Positions 60,656 through 64,000 of a DNA stretch of 64,000 nt are shown one piece after another; position 1 is the stretch's first letter, and each line of letters starts with the position of its first letter. The stretch is taken from the NCBI GenBank assembly GCA_030648265.1, contig JAUSHX010000010.1:26253-90252 (forward strand). Direction: 5' to 3'. The notes under the pieces are model-generated. The model was given only the letters and a program-made list of their open reading frames with translations, made no database searches and was not told the origin of the DNA. The DNA is from a bacterium. Its GTDB lineage: Bacteria > Patescibacteriota > Minisyncoccia > Phycocordibacterales > UBA2100. The position numbers and the translations under genes are program-made.

Positions 60656-61243
60656 TTACATTTCCGGACTGAATAATTTTCGTAGTTCCTCTTTCTTTCC
60701 GGCATTGAATTTTGCTTCGCGTAACGCAGGAATAATCTCGTTTTCTCTAAATCTGTCATTTGTGCCCATCTCCAGAAATTCATCAAACGTCATGGGCTTA
60801 AGAGTGATTTTCTCCCCCGCATCAAGGTGAATGTCTGCAACTTTCTTTAGCCCTTTTGCAATAAATGTGTAAATAGCCCAGTCAATTTTACCGATTGGCT
60901 GTTGTGAATCCCACAATATAAATTTCTCCGCCTCGTATCCGCTTTCCTCTAGAAGTTCTCTTTTTGCCGCTTCAAGAATTCCCTCTCCCTCGTCCACTCG
61001 TCCGCCCGTGGCACCAATGAAAGGCTCTTTTCCCGGCTGTTCCTGCTCTGTCAAAATAATTCTGCCATCGGGGAGCACGGGGTATACGACAACGGTGTCC
61101 GGCCGTTTTAATTTCTCAAAAATCTCGGTCGTGCCGTCAAACATTTCTTGCTCCCACTGGTACACGTCAAAAATCTGCCCCCTGAATACCCGCTTTGCGT
61201 GAGGGGGAATCGGTTGCGTTGATTTTGGCCGTTCTATGTCCAC
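60656..61243 (-). CDS. NUDIX hydrolase (ADP-ribose pyrophosphatase-like)
   Basis: Nudix box GGRVDEGEGILEAAKRELLEESGYE. Confidence 0.8.
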   Translation of the reverse strand: MDIERPKSTQPIPPHAKRVFRGQIFDVYQWEQEMFDGTTEIFEKLKRPDTVVVYPVLPDGRIILTEQEQPGKEPFIGATGGRVDEGEGILEAAKRELLEESGYEAEKFILWDSQQPIGKIDWAIYTFIAKGLKKVADIHLDAGEKITLKPMTFDEFLEMGTNDRFRENEIIPALREAKFNAGKKEELRKLFSPEM

Positions 61244-61303
61244 GCGCCAAGTATATCAGTTTGAATGTCCAACTCCTGTTGAGCAGGGGTCCTATTGGAT
61301 TTT

Positions 61304-61759
61304 CTACTTCCACATTCCCAAAATCAGACCGAAGATAGCAAACATCACCAACTGATATCCGGATTGTATCAGAAATCGCGCCCACGATACCTTGGCCGAA
61401 TCATTGTTCCACATCGCTCCGCCTGCGATTATCGGCACCACAAACGCCGCCCATATCCACAGTGAGTTTTCAAGTCCGGACGCATCCTTCCACCCCTGTA
61501 TATAGTATGCAAGCACCCACACCTGAAAGAGTGTGAGCAAAAACTGTACCGCGTAGAGCGGCATCGCCCTCTTCTGCATTTGATTTTGCGAAATCATGTC
61601 GCCCCCACGTCCTTTGAGGGGCGACCGCGCCTCCAAGTCTGTAGCATCCGCGCCCATTATCTCCGCCCATTTCTTTCCGAACAAAGGCCCGTACCAAACA
61701 TATCCGACAATCATGGAAAGCACCGCGCACACAAGCACCGCCCAATAATTTATTTCCAT
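61304..61759 (-). CDS. hypothetical membrane protein (DUF1761-like)
   Basis: 151 aa with four TM helices; W/Y-rich loops similar to the DUF1761 family. Confidence 0.35.
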   Translation of the reverse strand: MEINYWAVLVCAVLSMIVGYVWYGPLFGKKWAEIMGADATDLEARSPLKGRGGDMISQNQMQKRAMPLYAVQFLLTLFQVWVLAYYIQGWKDASGLENSLWIWAAFVVPIIAGGAMWNNDSAKVSWARFLIQSGYQLVMFAIFGLILGMWK

Positions 61760-62057
61760 ACTATGTACATTAATGGTTATTAAAGACCCTGATTATTATA
61801 ATTCCGCTTCATGCGGACAGAAAGAACCAAAGTCTGATATCGCCTTGGCATTCCGTTATTTGTTACTCTTTCCCGTGTTCCTTATTACCCACGACCGTTA
61901 TGAATAAGGAACACGGGAAAGCAAGAAAAATCATGGGGGTTACGCGCTCCTGCCTCAAAAGCGAACCGCCGAATGCTTAGCCTCCCATATCGGGAGTTAC
62001 GAACTCCCGATATGGGGAAATGTCCGGTTTCAACCGCCCCGTGATATCGTTTAAGGG

Positions 62058-62711
62058 ATGACTGGCTTTGACGATTCAAACGAGCCTTTAAGCAGCGCAA
62101 CTCATTTTGTTGCCACGCTTCTTTCTGTTGCGGGGCTTTCTCTATTGGTTACTCTGGCCGCTTTGCGCGGCACGGCAACGCATGTCGTCAGTTTTTCAAT
62201 CTTCGGCGCATCGCTTGTTCTTCTTTACCTCTTCAGCACTCTCTATCATTTTCTTTCAAAAAATCATCCCGCAAAAGATTTGTTCCAAATTCTTGACCAC
62301 GCAGCTATCTATATTCTCATTGCCGGTACATACACGCCTCTTGTTCTCATTGTCCTTCCAACCGCATGGGGGTGGAGTATGTTTGGCGTCATTTGGGGTC
62401 TTGCCCTATCCGGTGTTTTAATAAAAGTATTGCGGCCTGTTCAACGGTGGGTTTCCGGCGGCTTATATCTCCTGATGGGCTGGCTTATCGTAATCGCTTT
62501 CGTTCCCCTGAAAGACGCACTGCCGCTTGAGGGAATACTATGGCTTCTTGCGGGAGGGATCTTTTATACGGTAGGAACAATATTTTGCGCACTGGATGAT
62601 GTAAAAAAACTGAACGCGTGGTATTCGTTCCACGATATATTCCACATCTTCGTGATGCTCGGCAGCTTCTGCCACTTCTGGTTCATGTATAAATTCGTTC
62701 TTCCGGCATAA
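62058..62711 (+). CDS. hemolysin III/PAQR-family membrane protein
   Basis: 7 TM segments; conserved His-rich motifs (YHF...H, HDIFHIFVMLGSFCHFW). Confidence 0.8.
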   Translation: MTGFDDSNEPLSSATHFVATLLSVAGLSLLVTLAALRGTATHVVSFSIFGASLVLLYLFSTLYHFLSKNHPAKDLFQILDHAAIYILIAGTYTPLVLIVLPTAWGWSMFGVIWGLALSGVLIKVLRPVQRWVSGGLYLLMGWLIVIAFVPLKDALPLEGILWLLAGGIFYTVGTIFCALDDVKKLNAWYSFHDIFHIFVMLGSFCHFWFMYKFVLPA

Positions 62712-62720
62712 AATGAGCCG

Positions 62721-63767
62721 TTATGGATAGTTTCTTCCGTCTCCGGTGATGGGGATTTTCTCTCCTAAATATTTCGGCTTTCTCTGGAACATGAGGTCAA
62801 GAATTGCTTTCTCATTGGCTAGCGCTTCACGGATATAGTTGCGGGAAAAGATGCGGCCGACATCGGCGTTCATACCGGAGGCATTCATCCCAAGCTGGCG
62901 GGCGATAAAAACGGCGCGGGGCAGATGGAATGATTGGGTAGTAATAAGAACTGAAGAAACTCCGAAAATATCACGGGCGCGGTACATGGTGCTGTAGGTA
63001 TCAAAGCCCGCGTGGTCTAGGAAGATATCCTCGTCCGGAATTCCTTTCGCAAGAAGATAATTGCGGACAGGATTTACTTCATTATGGCTAAGAGTGCTGT
63101 TGTCACCGGAGACGATAATCTTTGAAACTTTCTTCGCTTCATACAATTTGATGGTCATATCCACCCTATCAACAAAAATAGGCGAGAGTCCACCGTTTAA
63201 GAGAATCGCCGCCCCCGGGATTAAAGCCACTTCAGCGTTCGGCACGCTCGCAATATTATTGTATATATATGGTTTCGTCTCTTGATGAATCGTTACGTTC
63301 ACGGCAACAACAAAAACAATCAGACATCCCAAACTCCATCCGAGAAAACGGTACAGACGAATCCGAAACACGAGCTGTTTAACCTTCTTCAATATCATAT
63401 CCCGAGCTCCGGCAGTGGTGATTTGTCCGTAGCCGGGGTCGGGTATATGCCATATTTGGAGTTTTTTTGAATTCTTCAGATATTCGGGTATTGGCCCGCC
63501 CATTATCGGTTCCATGAGGATTATTCTGTCGGCATCTTCTACCATAGCGTGGGTCAGCCGTGTTACCCTGTTTAAGCTCATATCAAAACCACGTTCTCTC
63601 ATGGCAGTAATTCCTTCTTCTATCACCTCAGAAACAAGCTTCCCCGCATTGTCGGCAATCGTGCCTGCCGTCTGAATATTCGCGCGTGGGAGAAAATGTT
63701 TGAACATAGTGCCAGCCATTTGGCTCCGGTTCACATTCCCCTCGCACACAAAAAGAATTTTCATCAT
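62721..63767 (-). CDS. fusion protein: LMW phosphotyrosine-phosphatase-like domain + TM + DUF218 (SanA/YdcF-like) domain
   Basis: N-terminal CX5R(S) P-loop VCEGNVNRSQMA, a central hydrophobic helix, and a C-terminal DUF218-like region (IIVSGDN...LITTQSFHLPRA). Confidence 0.55.
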   Translation of the reverse strand: MMKILFVCEGNVNRSQMAGTMFKHFLPRANIQTAGTIADNAGKLVSEVIEEGITAMRERGFDMSLNRVTRLTHAMVEDADRIILMEPIMGGPIPEYLKNSKKLQIWHIPDPGYGQITTAGARDMILKKVKQLVFRIRLYRFLGWSLGCLIVFVVAVNVTIHQETKPYIYNNIASVPNAEVALIPGAAILLNGGLSPIFVDRVDMTIKLYEAKKVSKIIVSGDNSTLSHNEVNPVRNYLLAKGIPDEDIFLDHAGFDTYSTMYRARDIFGVSSVLITTQSFHLPRAVFIARQLGMNASGMNADVGRIFSRNYIREALANEKAILDLMFQRKPKYLGEKIPITGDGRNYP

Positions 63768-63786
63768 GGGATGTTTTTGGGCACCG

Positions 63787-63996
63787 TCATTTTGAAAGCA
63801 CGCCCGTCCACTCTACAACTAAAAGAGACTCCGGAGAAACTTTACATGCGATAGCTCCTTCTATAAACCGCACTTGAGCATCAGTGAATCTGTCTTTGCC
63901 CGTACGTTTTGCTTCGCAAAATAGTATCTGGCCGTTATGCCACGCGAGAACATCAAAGCACGCGGTGGTTTGTGCCGTTTTCCAGATGTTCTGCAA
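63787..63996 (-). CDS. hypothetical protein, VRR-NUC-like (possibly truncated by the window edge)
   Basis: ILFCEAKRTGKDRFTDAQVRFIEG resembles the VRR-NUC ExK...Q motif. The Met at 63996 is 4 nt from the window end, so the N-terminus may lie outside the window. Confidence 0.3.
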   Translation of the reverse strand: MQNIWKTAQTTACFDVLAWHNGQILFCEAKRTGKDRFTDAQVRFIEGAIACKVSPESLLVVEWTGVLSK

Positions 63997-64000
63997 TAAC

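Overview
This 64 kb window appears to come from a small-genome, Patescibacteria/CPR-like bacterium. The taxonomic placement is inference from gene content: housekeeping genes, minimal enzymes (AspRS lacking the GAD insertion, a truncated ATP-synthase epsilon subunit), many small hypothetical membrane proteins, one Xer recombinase, and no Shine-Dalgarno sequences. Gene content is mostly core. It includes rplQ-rplM-rpsI, grpE-dnaK-dnaJ, trpS/aspS/gltX/cysS/leuS, scpA-scpB, a cell-wall block (dacA-like, mraY, ftsW, murG, an M23 peptidase), rpmA/rplI and ychF. A complete F1Fo ATP-synthase operon sits on the minus strand (atpB-[hyp]-atpE-atpF-atpH-atpA-atpG-[3 inserted genes]-atpD-atpC). A GC-rich trehalose island is also present (ROK kinase, a GH63/GH37-like glycosidase, otsB, and a sensor-domain::otsA fusion). 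The least ordinary content is non-coding or architectural. (1) A roughly 110-250 bp intergenic module occurs in at least eight copies, always abutting the ATG of a highly expressed gene. It has conserved flanks and a hairpin whose stem shows compensatory variation. (2) There are two further families of short intergenic repeats. (3) Start codons typically have a TAnnnT hexamer 6-7 nt upstream and no SD, which suggests leaderless mRNAs. (4) LeuRS carries a roughly 180 aa alpha/beta-hydrolase (GHSLGG) domain inserted just before the editing domain. (5) A MazF/PemK-like toxin gene is translationally fused onto the 3' end of atpG, and a diverged duplicate of the atpG tail lies next to it. (6) A xer recombinase gene has a dif-like palindrome adjacent to it and is followed by three co-directional hypothetical genes (two nuclease-fold-like, one transglutaminase-like). 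No rRNA, tRNA or CRISPR array was recognised.
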